Assembly (NCBI GenBank): GCA_021129515.1
Contig: JAJOLD010000001.1
Location: 164,850-228,849 of the forward strand
Direction: 5' to 3'
Source of the DNA: Minisyncoccota bacterium
GTDB lineage: Bacteria > Patescibacteriota > Minisyncoccia > Phycocordibacterales > UBA918
Length of the DNA stretch: 64,000 nt
Both the position numbers and the translations under genes were made by a program. The notes under the pieces are model-generated. The model saw only the letters and a program-made list of their open reading frames with translations, was not told where the DNA came from and did no database searches. Below are positions 20,732-29,481 of this stretch, one piece after another; the stretch's first letter is position 1; the number at the start of each line of letters is the position of its first letter.

Positions 20732-21415
20732 TTATATTGCAGTCTGTGCAATGATTGAGAACTGCAATTGCACCATATCAGCAACGATATTGTCAGCAAG
20801 GTTATCGAAGAATGACCCCGAGCCCGCAGTAATACCCCACTTGGTTCGGTCAAATGCAAATTGCGCCTCACCACGAAGCACCCCATCGCTCAGCTGTGTC
20901 ACCCTAACCGGGAATGTCACTGCATGTGTTTCTCCTTTCATGGTAAGGTCGCCGGTGACCTCGTAGACACCAGACGCATCAGGTGCCGCAAATGACTCCG
21001 TCACAGTAAAGGTGGCCTGTGGGTACGTATCTACATCAAACCACCGACTTCCCTTTAAGTGTTCTTCGAGCGCGGACTCCTTCCCTGGCTTCTTGGGTGT
21101 TTCAGACACCGAAAGTGTATTCATGTCGATGGCAAACGAACCATTCACAGCCTCCTCAGAAATAGTAAAGTCACCACCACTCAAGGCAAGCGCACCTGCA
21201 TTGATATACCCTTCAACAAGCGGCTTCTGCCCTGCCCAGCGCACGGTGCTTTCGGTCACATCGACCGTGTATGTACCAAACACAATCTCATACACTTCGG
21301 ACACACCCGCAGTGTCAGCGGTTTGCACTTGCTCTGACTGCGGCGTGTTGTTCTGATTCATAAAGAGGAACCACGCAAGCCCCACCACAACAATAATTCC
21401 TATAATATATCGCAT
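20732..21415 (-). CDS. YceI-like domain protein, membrane anchored
   Basis: N-terminal TM, YceI-like beta-barrel signature incl. DVDTYPQATF...GDLTMKGETHAVTFPV. Confidence 0.55.
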   Translation of the reverse strand: MRYIIGIIVVVGLAWFLFMNQNNTPQSEQVQTADTAGVSEVYEIVFGTYTVDVTESTVRWAGQKPLVEGYINAGALALSGGDFTISEEAVNGSFAIDMNTLSVSETPKKPGKESALEEHLKGSRWFDVDTYPQATFTVTESFAAPDASGVYEVTGDLTMKGETHAVTFPVRVTQLSDGVLRGEAQFAFDRTKWGITAGSGSFFDNLADNIVADMVQLQFSIIAQTAI

Positions 21416-21582
21416 ACTATGTATATTTTTAATGTCTATTACTAATGTTCACATGACACACACGTGTCGGTCAAAATTCGTCGATGTAGTATACTAAAGA
21501 AAAAACCGCTGTTCGCATTTTGCTACTAAACGGCTTTGAATCGAGCGCATCAGGACCATACTTTCACTCTATATGCCTCGAA

Positions 21583-22041
21583 TTACCTTCTCCAGAAACC
21601 TTCACTGTCCTGGAGCTGTTTTATTTGTACGTCTGAAGGGGACGATCTGCCATAGATGGGGTTGAGTATGCGATTCATGGCGCTTTGCGCCCTTCTCACT
21701 TCACCAACCATGTGTTTACATTGTTGTTGCCGGAAATTAACATACCTCTCAGCACATTGACGTGAGACGTGCTCTAGAGCGTCTGTCGTAGGTATTGCAA
21801 ACACCAGTTCTGACACAACCACCCTTCTTACGTGTGTTTCCCCCTCGGGCAATACAAGACATTCGGCACACGGTGCCGCTGCGGCAACTGCTTGACCTTC
21901 GTCCATATGCTCCGTTTGCGTTTCGGCAACTGGAACAGTCTGTACCGTGTCTGCCTGGAGCACAAACGTGTCACAAAACCACAATAGACCTGCAGTTAAA
22001 ACCACCACAATGAGAGGTTCTTCAGCTTTACGACTTAACAT
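21583..22041 (-). CDS. hypothetical membrane-anchored protein
   Basis: ORF track, N-terminal hydrophobic segment. Confidence 0.3.
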   Translation of the reverse strand: MLSRKAEEPLIVVVLTAGLLWFCDTFVLQADTVQTVPVAETQTEHMDEGQAVAAAAPCAECLVLPEGETHVRRVVVSELVFAIPTTDALEHVSRQCAERYVNFRQQQCKHMVGEVRRAQSAMNRILNPIYGRSSPSDVQIKQLQDSEGFWRR

Positions 22042-22160
22042 GAGATACTCCCTTTCTGTTGACTCAAAACCTTATAGGAAAATACGATACAAAACAGAAT
22101 ATGTCAATGTATCGCACCTGGCATCTCTTAATTTCAAAACCACACATCGGTTTCCTGAGA

Positions 22161-23540
22161 CTACATCGACTTAAGAAACACATGCAGCTCCTTTTTCTTT
22201 GCTTCAGCGAGCTCCTTCTCGGGAGCTTCTACTACAAACTTCAGTGCGTCTTCCGTCACGCTTTGCTTTACCACAAACCAATAGTCTTTGAAGGTCACGG
22301 TCACCCCGTCAAATTTCTTCACCGTACAGGATTTCATCTTTCCGTATTTTGCTGCTACTTTCTCAAGGGCTTTCTTTTTATCGGGTACCTTCACCAAAAT
22401 CTCTTCCGTCTGGTGATACACCCCAAATTCCGCAATCATCTCTGAGAATGTCTGTCCTTCTTTTGCTGCCTCAGTGTACGCAGCCAACACCTGCAAGAAC
22501 GCAAGAATACCGGAGTCCGCATAGAAGTTGTCTTTAAAATAGAAGTGCGCTGAGTGCTCACACCCAAAGAATGCGTCGTGCTTACGCATTTGCTCTTTGA
22601 TAAACGCATGCCCTACCCGAGCGCGAACTGCTTTGCCACCGTATTGCTTAATGGTCTCCTCGTATATTTTGCTTGTGAACACCGTGTATACAAACGGCAA
22701 CCCTTTCTTTTTCTGGAGCGCATACTTCGCGAGCATTGCGCCAATCACCGCACTATTTATATACCACCCCTTCTCATCGAAGAACGCCACGCGGTCTACA
22801 TCGCCATCAAAGGAAACGCCAAAGCCATACTTCCCGGTCTTGAGCTCAGCAACAATTGCCTTTTGGTTTTTCTTGAGTGTTGGGTTGGAATCACGATTTG
22901 GAAACGAGCCATCGAGCTTGAAGAAAAGCTTTTTTGTTGTGACAGGCAGTGTGTCAGTGAGTACCGACTTGAAGGTTGTTGCCATACCATTTCCGGCATC
23001 CATCACCACTCGAACCTTTCTATCTGATTTTACCTTCACCTTCCCTGCAACATACTTCTTATATGCAGGAAATACATCTGTCTTGGTCACCCTTCCTTTT
23101 TTCTTGGATGCAGCAAAGGTTCCACGCTCCACTAGCTTCAAAATAGCCTTGAGTCCCGATGCATTGGTGACCGGCACCGCGCCTGGCAGCACGAGCTTGA
23201 GTCCATTGTATTCCTTAGGATTATGTGAGGCGGTAATAACCACACCATGCGCTTTCATGGTCCCCGATGCGTAATACATCGCAGGCGTGCCCACCATACC
23301 GATATCGATTGCTTCCGCCCCAGCGTCAGTCACGCCTTGCACAAATGCATTCCGAAGCGCTGGTGAGGACACACGCATATCACGCGCCACAATCACCTTC
23401 TTTAGCCCAAAATGCTGTACAAATGCCCGCGCCGTGCGATACGTGGTTACTTCGTTAATCTGCGTTGGGTAGACACCGCGAATATCTGCATCTTTAAATG
23501 CTTTTTTATATTCCTTAGGCAATGTATCAGCAATCTTCAT
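22161..23540 (-). CDS. phosphoglucomutase/phosphomannomutase
   Basis: active-site TASHNPKEYNG, four-domain length 459 aa. Confidence 0.9.
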   Translation of the reverse strand: MKIADTLPKEYKKAFKDADIRGVYPTQINEVTTYRTARAFVQHFGLKKVIVARDMRVSSPALRNAFVQGVTDAGAEAIDIGMVGTPAMYYASGTMKAHGVVITASHNPKEYNGLKLVLPGAVPVTNASGLKAILKLVERGTFAASKKKGRVTKTDVFPAYKKYVAGKVKVKSDRKVRVVMDAGNGMATTFKSVLTDTLPVTTKKLFFKLDGSFPNRDSNPTLKKNQKAIVAELKTGKYGFGVSFDGDVDRVAFFDEKGWYINSAVIGAMLAKYALQKKKGLPFVYTVFTSKIYEETIKQYGGKAVRARVGHAFIKEQMRKHDAFFGCEHSAHFYFKDNFYADSGILAFLQVLAAYTEAAKEGQTFSEMIAEFGVYHQTEEILVKVPDKKKALEKVAAKYGKMKSCTVKKFDGVTVTFKDYWFVVKQSVTEDALKFVVEAPEKELAEAKKKELHVFLKSM

Positions 23541-23711
23541 ACTGGGTGAAAGGTAAATTTACTATGCATGCAGTATACCAAATTGCTGACTCTGAATTTG
23601 ATACATCCCAGTAGCATATCTCAAAACACTCGATTGCTTCGTCGTTTCATTGCATTCCACTCCTCGCAAAGACGGAAAACCTACGGTTTTCCGTCTTTAT
23701 TTGTATATAAA

Positions 23712-23745
23712 AACAGACTCGCTGAATATCAGCGAGTCTCAGTGA
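23712..23745 (-). terminator. rho-independent terminator after HAD nucleotidase gene (gactcgctga-ata-tcagcgagtc + T run on minus strand)
   Basis: 10-bp stem followed by TTTTTATAT in minus sense. Confidence 0.55.
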
Positions 23746-23764
23746 GTCGTATGCAGTGAGTATA

Positions 23765-24379
23765 TTACCCATTTTTATGGAGCCAATTGTAGGCAGGATC
23801 CCACATAGATTCCTCGTTACCTTCTTCTGGAATAAGGGGTGTAACACAGTCAATGTTTACATCCTCATTCCACCTTATCTGAGGCATAAAGCCCTGCATA
23901 CCAAGCTGTGCAATACCTTCAAAATGTCCCGGCGCGTCATCAAACATCAGTGTTGCATCATAGTGCTTAGCGATATCAAGTTTTGTGACCTCATCAGTAC
24001 CATCATGCCGATGCCCAAGATAATGATGAGCTACAAACTTGTCAGCAAGGTATTTTTCATACAACATCGATACATATGACTGATGTGATTCTGGTCTACT
24101 TGTCACCATCACCAGTTGCCATTCTCGCTCGAGGAAGTGATCGATTAATCGTGCAACCCCAGGCAGCGGTTTGATGCGTTGCTGATGCTTAGACTGCGTA
24201 AACACATGTACTCGGTGGTACAGCTCTTTAAATGAGCAACCAAAGACTTCATGCCACCGATAATGTATGAAATCGCTGATATGTGCACTCGTGCCATACT
24301 TATCATTATGAAAGTTAATGAACGGGACACCAAAAGGAAATAAGGTGTCGTCGTTATCAAATAAAACTACTTTTCTCAC
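23765..24379 (-). CDS. HAD-superfamily 5'(3')-deoxyribonucleotidase (NT5C-like)
   Basis: motif I FDNDDTL; NT5C family architecture. Confidence 0.6.
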   Translation of the reverse strand: MRKVVLFDNDDTLFPFGVPFINFHNDKYGTSAHISDFIHYRWHEVFGCSFKELYHRVHVFTQSKHQQRIKPLPGVARLIDHFLEREWQLVMVTSRPESHQSYVSMLYEKYLADKFVAHHYLGHRHDGTDEVTKLDIAKHYDATLMFDDAPGHFEGIAQLGMQGFMPQIRWNEDVNIDCVTPLIPEEGNEESMWDPAYNWLHKNG

Positions 24380-24514
24380 AGAAATCTCCTCTATGTTCCT
24401 ATTCTGCGTCGCAGCGTATCAACAAACACACCACAATTCAAGCAACCACCTACACCCTTGTGGTATATAATTTATTATGAAATAAGTTGTGTCATTGATT
24501 TGTACTAAATAGAT

Positions 24515-25513
24515 ATGCAAACAAATGCTCATCCTGCTCTGGTCGGACGCATAGGCCTTGGCACCATATTGACCATCGTGGTACTGACGACCATCACCAC
24601 CCTGCTGGTATTGTGGTTCATCGTTACTAAACTTCCCGCGGAGTATCTCCCCCAGTCCCTCACCACACGCGAAGAGGTGCAAAACATTCCCCTAGTCACC
24701 CGTGACCTCGTTTCAGACACTATTCCCGATATGGTCGAGCGGGTCTCGCCTGCAGTCGTGTCGGTGGTTATTTCTGCTGACGTACCTATCATTGAACAAT
24801 ACTACGAGTCATACAGTCCTTTTGACTTCTTCTTTGGGCAAGGATTTGGTGGATTCAATGTGCCCCGCCAGCGGCAAATCGGTACCGAGAAGCGTGAAAT
24901 TGGAGGTGGCTCAGGATTCTTTGTCTCCCCCGAAGGGTTTATCGTGACCAACCGGCATGTCGTTGACCTCGACGATGTTGAGTATTCAGTCGTCACCAAC
25001 GACGGCACCTCATACGAGGCAGTCGTGGTCGCCAAGGACCCGTCGCTCGATATTGCTATTTTAAAGGTTGAAGGTGCCGAAGCATTCCCCTTCCTCGAGT
25101 TTGGTGACACCGAGCAAGTGCGCCGGGGTGAAACCGTTGTCGCTATCGGTAATGCGCTTGCTGAGTTCCCCAATAGTGTGTCGGTTGGTGTGGTGTCAGG
25201 ACTTTCGCGCGACATTGTCGCAGGTGATGGACGCGGGTTTATGGAGTCGCTCGAAGGCGTGATTCAGACCGATGCAGCGATTAACCAAGGCAACTCGGGT
25301 GGACCCCTCCTCAATACCGCTGGCGAAGTGATTGGGGTTAACGTTGCGGTTGTGGGCGGAAGCGAGAATATCGGTTTTGCCCTTCCCTCAGACTCCGTAC
25401 AAAATGTCTATGAAAGTGTGAAGGAGTATGGAGAAATCTCGATGTCTGCTTTGACCAGAACTTTGTTGGGTGGGGACCTGAGGATGCTGAGTTCTGTTAC
25501 CGAATGTGTGTGA
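24515..25513 (+). CDS. HtrA/DegP-family trypsin-like serine protease with N-terminal TM, apparently lacking PDZ domain
   Basis: GSGFFVSPEGFIVTNRHVV (His), D..., GNSGGPLLN (Ser) catalytic motifs; C-terminus ends abruptly. Confidence 0.8.
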   Translation: MQTNAHPALVGRIGLGTILTIVVLTTITTLLVLWFIVTKLPAEYLPQSLTTREEVQNIPLVTRDLVSDTIPDMVERVSPAVVSVVISADVPIIEQYYESYSPFDFFFGQGFGGFNVPRQRQIGTEKREIGGGSGFFVSPEGFIVTNRHVVDLDDVEYSVVTNDGTSYEAVVVAKDPSLDIAILKVEGAEAFPFLEFGDTEQVRRGETVVAIGNALAEFPNSVSVGVVSGLSRDIVAGDGRGFMESLEGVIQTDAAINQGNSGGPLLNTAGEVIGVNVAVVGGSENIGFALPSDSVQNVYESVKEYGEISMSALTRTLLGGDLRMLSSVTECV

Positions 25514-25815
25514 AGCATCAACTGACTCCAGTCTACGATAAGCCCATCGGTGCCTACCACCTTGAAAGCCCAGACGCTGTTGGGAACGTATTTCGAAGAA
25601 AAGATCATGAGTCAATCGTGAATTACATTCGAAACACTTTCCGTTTTTACAACAACTGTCCTGGTCTTGAGATGGAAGAGGTATTCTATGGATTTCCCCG
25701 ACTACGTCTTGAACCTTCGACGAATACTTGGACCGTGATCTCTCGCACCGAAGCTGGTAATGTTAACCTACGCGAAGCAGTTGAGTTCGCGAGACGCTGG
25801 ATGCGGTCGAACTAA
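25504..25815 (+). CDS. glycosyltransferase C-terminal domain fragment (GT7/GT2-type W-G-x-G-x-ED motif), start overlaps htrA stop
   Basis: NFVGWGPEDAEFCYRM aligns with beta4GalT NYWGWGGEDDDIFNRL; frame is closed upstream so catalytic N-domain absent. Confidence 0.4.
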   Translation: MCVKHQLTPVYDKPIGAYHLESPDAVGNVFRRKDHESIVNYIRNTFRFYNNCPGLEMEEVFYGFPRLRLEPSTNTWTVISRTEAGNVNLREAVEFARRWMRSN

Positions 25816-25819
25816 GCCC

Positions 25820-25853
25820 TTCCCCGACCGCTTTGGTCGGGGAACTTTTTGTT
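25820..25853 (+). terminator. rho-independent terminator (ccccgaccgctttggtcgggg + TTTTTGTTT)
   Basis: 8-bp GC stem and T tract. Confidence 0.6.
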
Positions 25854-26013
25854 TCTTAAGCTTCTCTCTAGTCTCTAGCAACTTTTACTTTCTCACGATG
25901 TAATCTATAATTTCTCTACTTTTTCCTGAAGTTCTTTCTCTCGCTGATTCCAGCCCTAACACTGATACGGTATACTATAGGTCACTTCTATAATAGTAGT
26001 ATTCTCATAGCGT

Positions 26014-26394
26014 ATGTATACAGGAAATTGGACATGTAGTTCATGCGGTGGCGGCGTCACCGAGCTCCCATTTGAGCCACGAAGCGAAAAAGGGCTCACC
26101 TGCCGCAGTTGTTGGAGTAAGCAAAAGAAAAAAGAAAGCGCACAGGCACCCGAAATGGAGAGTGCGTCGGTAGAAGCACCCAACGACATCCCTGACGACG
26201 CAGGACTCGCAGGTGAACAAGAACCTGTAGATGATCTCGGCATGGACGCAGTGCCTGCCTCAAATGAAAAACCCACCTTCACAGGTGACTGGAAATGCTC
26301 AAGCTGTGGCGCAGCCATTACCACCCTCCCCTTTGAGCCACGCGGTGCTGCAGGTTTGAAATGTATTGACTGCTTCAAAAAGAGCAAGGCGTAG
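26014..26394 (+). CDS. tandem zinc-ribbon protein (two CxxC-x14/15-CxxC repeats with acidic linker)
   Basis: GNWTCSSCGG...LTCRSCW and GDWKCSSCGA...LKCIDCF. Confidence 0.5.
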   Translation: MYTGNWTCSSCGGGVTELPFEPRSEKGLTCRSCWSKQKKKESAQAPEMESASVEAPNDIPDDAGLAGEQEPVDDLGMDAVPASNEKPTFTGDWKCSSCGAAITTLPFEPRGAAGLKCIDCFKKSKA

Positions 26395-26592
26395 CAGGGT
26401 TGCACTCTGTATGATAGAGCGGTAGTCTACAGACAGAAGAGCATACACACAACGAGGACAACTGGCGCCATTGGCGTTTTGCAGATATGCACCATTGAGG
26501 ATACGACATACTACAAAACATATGTCACTAATGTGTAGCACAGACCCTATACCACAAGCCCCGGGGCTTTTCTGATACAAATCGGACCTATA

Positions 26593-26922
26593 TTATTTTC
26601 TATATTTTGCTGTTTTTCTTGCTATTGCCTCTGGTTGCTTGACCCACTGCTGTCCACGTTTGGTTCCTCGATTTTTAGCGCGACTTGTTGCCGCCTTCTC
26701 GCCTGGCGTGAGACTCGCGCGTGCTTTTTTAGGCAGATATCGACTCTGTTTTTTCTCTCCAACATAGTCCCAATTTTCCTGAGTCCATTTTTGTAAATCA
26801 TTATCCGCACGCTTTGGACCAATATATGTACCACCAGCATCTTTGTATAATTTCACAGCATACTGCATAGCACGCGCTGAAAAGACTCCGCCCATAAACA
26901 AACAAAAGTCGATTGGAATCAA
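26593..26922 (-). CDS. hypothetical basic protein
   Basis: 109 aa ORF; Lys/Arg-rich C-terminus. Confidence 0.35.
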   Translation of the reverse strand: MIPIDFCLFMGGVFSARAMQYAVKLYKDAGGTYIGPKRADNDLQKWTQENWDYVGEKKQSRYLPKKARASLTPGEKAATSRAKNRGTKRGQQWVKQPEAIARKTAKYRK

Positions 26923-27227
26923 TCGTGCATGATATTGAGGTATTTCTTAAAGAAAAACTTCAGTTATCACTACACCCCAACAAAGTATCTATTCGGAATG
27001 TTAATCAGGGTGTCGACTTTTTAGGGTACGTAGTATTGCCACACTACTGCGTGCTCCGTACCAGTACCAAGAAACGGATGTTTAGAAATGTACGAAAGTT
27101 AAAACATGCTCATACCAAAGATACTATTTCTTTTGAACGTCTGAATGCTTCGCTCAATTCATATCGAGGAATACTCACCCATTGCAAAGGACATACGCTC
27201 GCGAAACAGCTCGATGAGCCGTCCTAG
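26898..27227 (+). pseudogene. reverse transcriptase C-terminal relic (RT domain 6-7 and thumb/X region, group II intron / retron-like)
   Basis: VFLKEKLQLSLHPNKVSIRNVNQGVDFLGYVV matches the post-YxDD region of RTs; in-frame stop at 26895 so palm/fingers absent. Confidence 0.5.
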
Positions 27228-27332
27228 AGTACCATGCATACTATGATTAGCATATTACTGTGTGAAAAAATAAAAAAATTTCGCCACGAACCGAAGTTCG
27301 TGGCGAAGGGTTAAAGGGAAAAGGTGCAAGGG

Positions 27333-28034
27333 TTAGGAAACCACTGCACGAGCACGCAGGTTGACATCCGAGTTGTCGGGGTAGGACCAGCCGGCGCGCA
27401 CCTTGCAGTGGCCGGGGGTCCAGCAGACGTGCGGAACGTTGCCGTCAGCGTCACGCGAACCCGTGCAGAGCGTGAGACATTTCACATCGAGAGGTTTCCC
27501 TGTCTCAGTGAAGTACATCAACTCGTACAAGAGTCGCTCCAAGACTGTGATACCGTCGATTCCCTGCTCAGCGATCTGCTTGGCGGACATGTTTTTGTAT
27601 TCTTCGTCCGCTTCAATGCGATCACGCACCCAGATGGCGTAGACCGCCTTTTTGTTCGAGCGATCATTCTTCGTGATCGCCTTATCCAAATCGTCGGCGT
27701 AGAGCCAGACGTCGCATTTGGTACGCAAGATTTCGACTGTCTTGTTCATCGTCAACCCTTTCGGAATGATGATGAGACGGTCGAAACCAGGCTGTTGGTC
27801 AGGAATTTTCACCTTTGACGTGTCACAGGTAATATCTGCTTCGTCAAAGATCGACTGCCAGCGTGCGAGGTGGTCGGCAAGCTCCATCGATGGACCAGCG
27901 AAAGGATCGCGATGCTCCAGCAGTGCTTGTATGTGACGACCACCGAGACTTCCGTCGTCAATTTGACGGAAGAGATCTTTGAGTTGAGAAGCCGAAACAC
28001 TCGACCCCTTGACGACTACTTTTTGCATAGCCAT
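27333..28034 (-). CDS. hypothetical protein, visibly GC-richer than surroundings
   Basis: 233 aa; no motif recognised; divergent from XRE regulator. Confidence 0.5.
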   Translation of the reverse strand: MAMQKVVVKGSSVSASQLKDLFRQIDDGSLGGRHIQALLEHRDPFAGPSMELADHLARWQSIFDEADITCDTSKVKIPDQQPGFDRLIIIPKGLTMNKTVEILRTKCDVWLYADDLDKAITKNDRSNKKAVYAIWVRDRIEADEEYKNMSAKQIAEQGIDGITVLERLLYELMYFTETGKPLDVKCLTLCTGSRDADGNVPHVCWTPGHCKVRAGWSYPDNSDVNLRARAVVS

Positions 28035-28190
28035 GAGATTTTCCTCTTAGTTTGTTGAAAGGACTAGGCGCTAACGGAGTGTTAAAACACGAAATCATCA
28101 TATCATAGCTTATCTAGTTTGTCAAACACAACCGCTAACTATAGTCTGTAGAGCTATAGTTAGCGTTTATCTACACTCTTAGGTGTAGAT

Positions 28191-28400
28191 ATGCGAAATA
28201 AAACACTTACAAGATTTGGTAATAAGGTACGAGCCGAGCGACTACGTCAGGGCATTTCGCAAGAGAGACTAGGAGAGCTTGCGAAGGTTCATCGGACATA
28301 TATTGGAATGATTGAACGTAGCGAGAAAAATATTACGCTTTCTAATATTGAAAAAGTTGCTAAGGCACTCAAAATACGAATGTCTGATTTGGTTGATTAG
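28191..28400 (+). CDS. XRE-family helix-turn-helix transcriptional regulator
   Basis: RAERLRQGISQERLGELAKVHRTYIGMIERSEKNITLSNIEKVAKAL. Confidence 0.8.
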   Translation: MRNKTLTRFGNKVRAERLRQGISQERLGELAKVHRTYIGMIERSEKNITLSNIEKVAKALKIRMSDLVD

Positions 28401-28410
28401 TGCATAAGAG

Positions 28411-28437
28411 AAAAACCACCCTACTGGGTGGTTTTTC
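28411..28437 (+). terminator. rho-independent terminator (aaaaaccaccc-tact-gggtggttttt)
   Basis: perfect stem + T run. Confidence 0.6.
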
Positions 28438-28525
28438 TCTCTGGATTAGCCTGCGGCGTCTTCTGTGGCTGTGTAGTACTTCGAGCTAGCTGTGAGAGGG
28501 TCATTTTGACCCGTCTCGGGCTAGT

Positions 28526-28548
28526 CGTAAGTGGCTGCCGGAGGGACT
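28526..28548 (-). pseudogene. degenerate tRNA-Gln 3'-end copy (minus sense gacgagtccctccggcagcc)
   Basis: compare tRNA-Gln 3' end ttcgagtccctgtccggcagc; a second, inverted T-arm copy lies at 28601-28626 on the plus strand. Confidence 0.45.
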
Positions 28549-28642
28549 CGTCCTGACGGTTTCTAAACTCACTTCGTTCGTTAAGAACCGCGGGACACGG
28601 CTCGCAGACCCAAAGGGTCCCCTGCTCCGGCGGTTCGAGTCC

Positions 28643-28670
28643 CAAGAAAGGTGCGCAGGCACCTTTCTTG
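28643..28670. other. perfect 12-bp hairpin caagaaaggtgc-GCAG-gcacctttcttg
   Basis: seen directly; adjacent to tRNA-Gln fragments. Confidence 0.6.
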
Positions 28671-28680
28671 TCCAGTAGCA

Positions 28681-28705
28681 TGAGAAAAAGCGCATAAAGC
28701 GCTTT
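28681..28705 (-). terminator. terminator after tRNA-Gln (aaagcgc-tttat-gcgcttt + TTTCTC in minus sense)
   Basis: 7-bp stem and U tract downstream of the tRNA. Confidence 0.5.
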
Positions 28706-28716
28706 AGACTCTCGTG

Positions 28717-28787
28717 CTGCCGGACAGGGACTCGAACCCCGATATCGACGACCAAAACGTCGCGTCCTACCATTAGACGATCCGGCA
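28717..28787 (-). tRNA. tRNA-Gln (anticodon UUG)
   Basis: manual cloverleaf: acceptor UGCCGGA/UCCGGCA, anticodon loop UUUUGGU, T-loop TTCGAGT. Confidence 0.85.
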
Positions 28788-28791
28788 ATAT

Positions 28792-29481
28792 TTACTTTTG
28801 CGTGGCGATTATAGCATATATCCACCCCATAATGCGACGATTCATAGCTGTACTCTTCTTAACTCGCACTGATACCAAGCCTATGTACGAATCATCAACT
28901 TTCTTTCTAACAGTTTTGGGATTATGTTTCTTATATATGGTACGACCAAAGCTGTTTGCAGGAATGCTCAGTGCATCTGACCAAATCTTTATTATCTTTT
29001 TCTCTCTGGATTTATGATTCTCGTGCAAGTGCAATCGCAGAACAATATCTTGCTCACAGACCTCCGTAAACTTATATAGCCATGCAATAAACAACTTGAG
29101 CATATGAGGATCTGAATTACCGAAGTCAACCATAATACCTGTTCTGTCAGCACTTTTCTTCGCTCCTTCAGCCCAGTACAATGCAATACCAATGAAGAAT
29201 AGTTCTCTGTCAGTGAGGTGTGAGATATCTTCTTTACACATCTTATTAATCTTTTCAGTTTCCGCTATTCGTATCTCCCGTTTCCGAGCAGCTCCACGCA
29301 ATTGCGCAGCACGCTTCTTGTCCGTCAGCCGTTGCTTTTGCTTTTGACCTAAACCAACATCACGCAGCCAAAGAGAGAGCGTGGATTTTGATACTGGCAC
29401 AATGCGCAATATCTCATTGTATGTTTTACCCTGCTTGCGCAACGCGACTGCTTTCTGTTTCTCTTTCTCTTTTAGAGTCAT
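28792..29481 (-). CDS. HTH (resolvase/IS630-type) + LAGLIDADG-like homing endonuclease candidate
   Basis: N-terminal KQGKTYNEILRIVPVSKSTLSLWLRD HTH; FIGIALYWAEGAKKS as LAGLIDADG variant with acidic residue; stop 4 nt from tRNA-Gln 5' end. Confidence 0.4.
   Translation of the reverse strand: MTLKEKEKQKAVALRKQGKTYNEILRIVPVSKSTLSLWLRDVGLGQKQKQRLTDKKRAAQLRGAARKREIRIAETEKINKMCKEDISHLTDRELFFIGIALYWAEGAKKSADRTGIMVDFGNSDPHMLKLFIAWLYKFTEVCEQDIVLRLHLHENHKSREKKIIKIWSDALSIPANSFGRTIYKKHNPKTVRKKVDDSYIGLVSVRVKKSTAMNRRIMGWIYAIIATQK

Noticed and set aside
26014-27227. Diversity-generating retroelement (RT + repeated Zn-ribbon as TR/VR)
   Set aside because: RT is only a C-terminal relic with closed upstream frame; the two Zn-ribbon repeats are ~60% identical at DNA level, not the >90% adenine-specific pattern of TR/VR.
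28421-28825. ORFs 28421-28825 and 28501-28788 on minus strand
   Set aside because: They run through tRNA-Gln and the hairpin/fragment region in frames with no protein-like composition; RNA features explain the interval.
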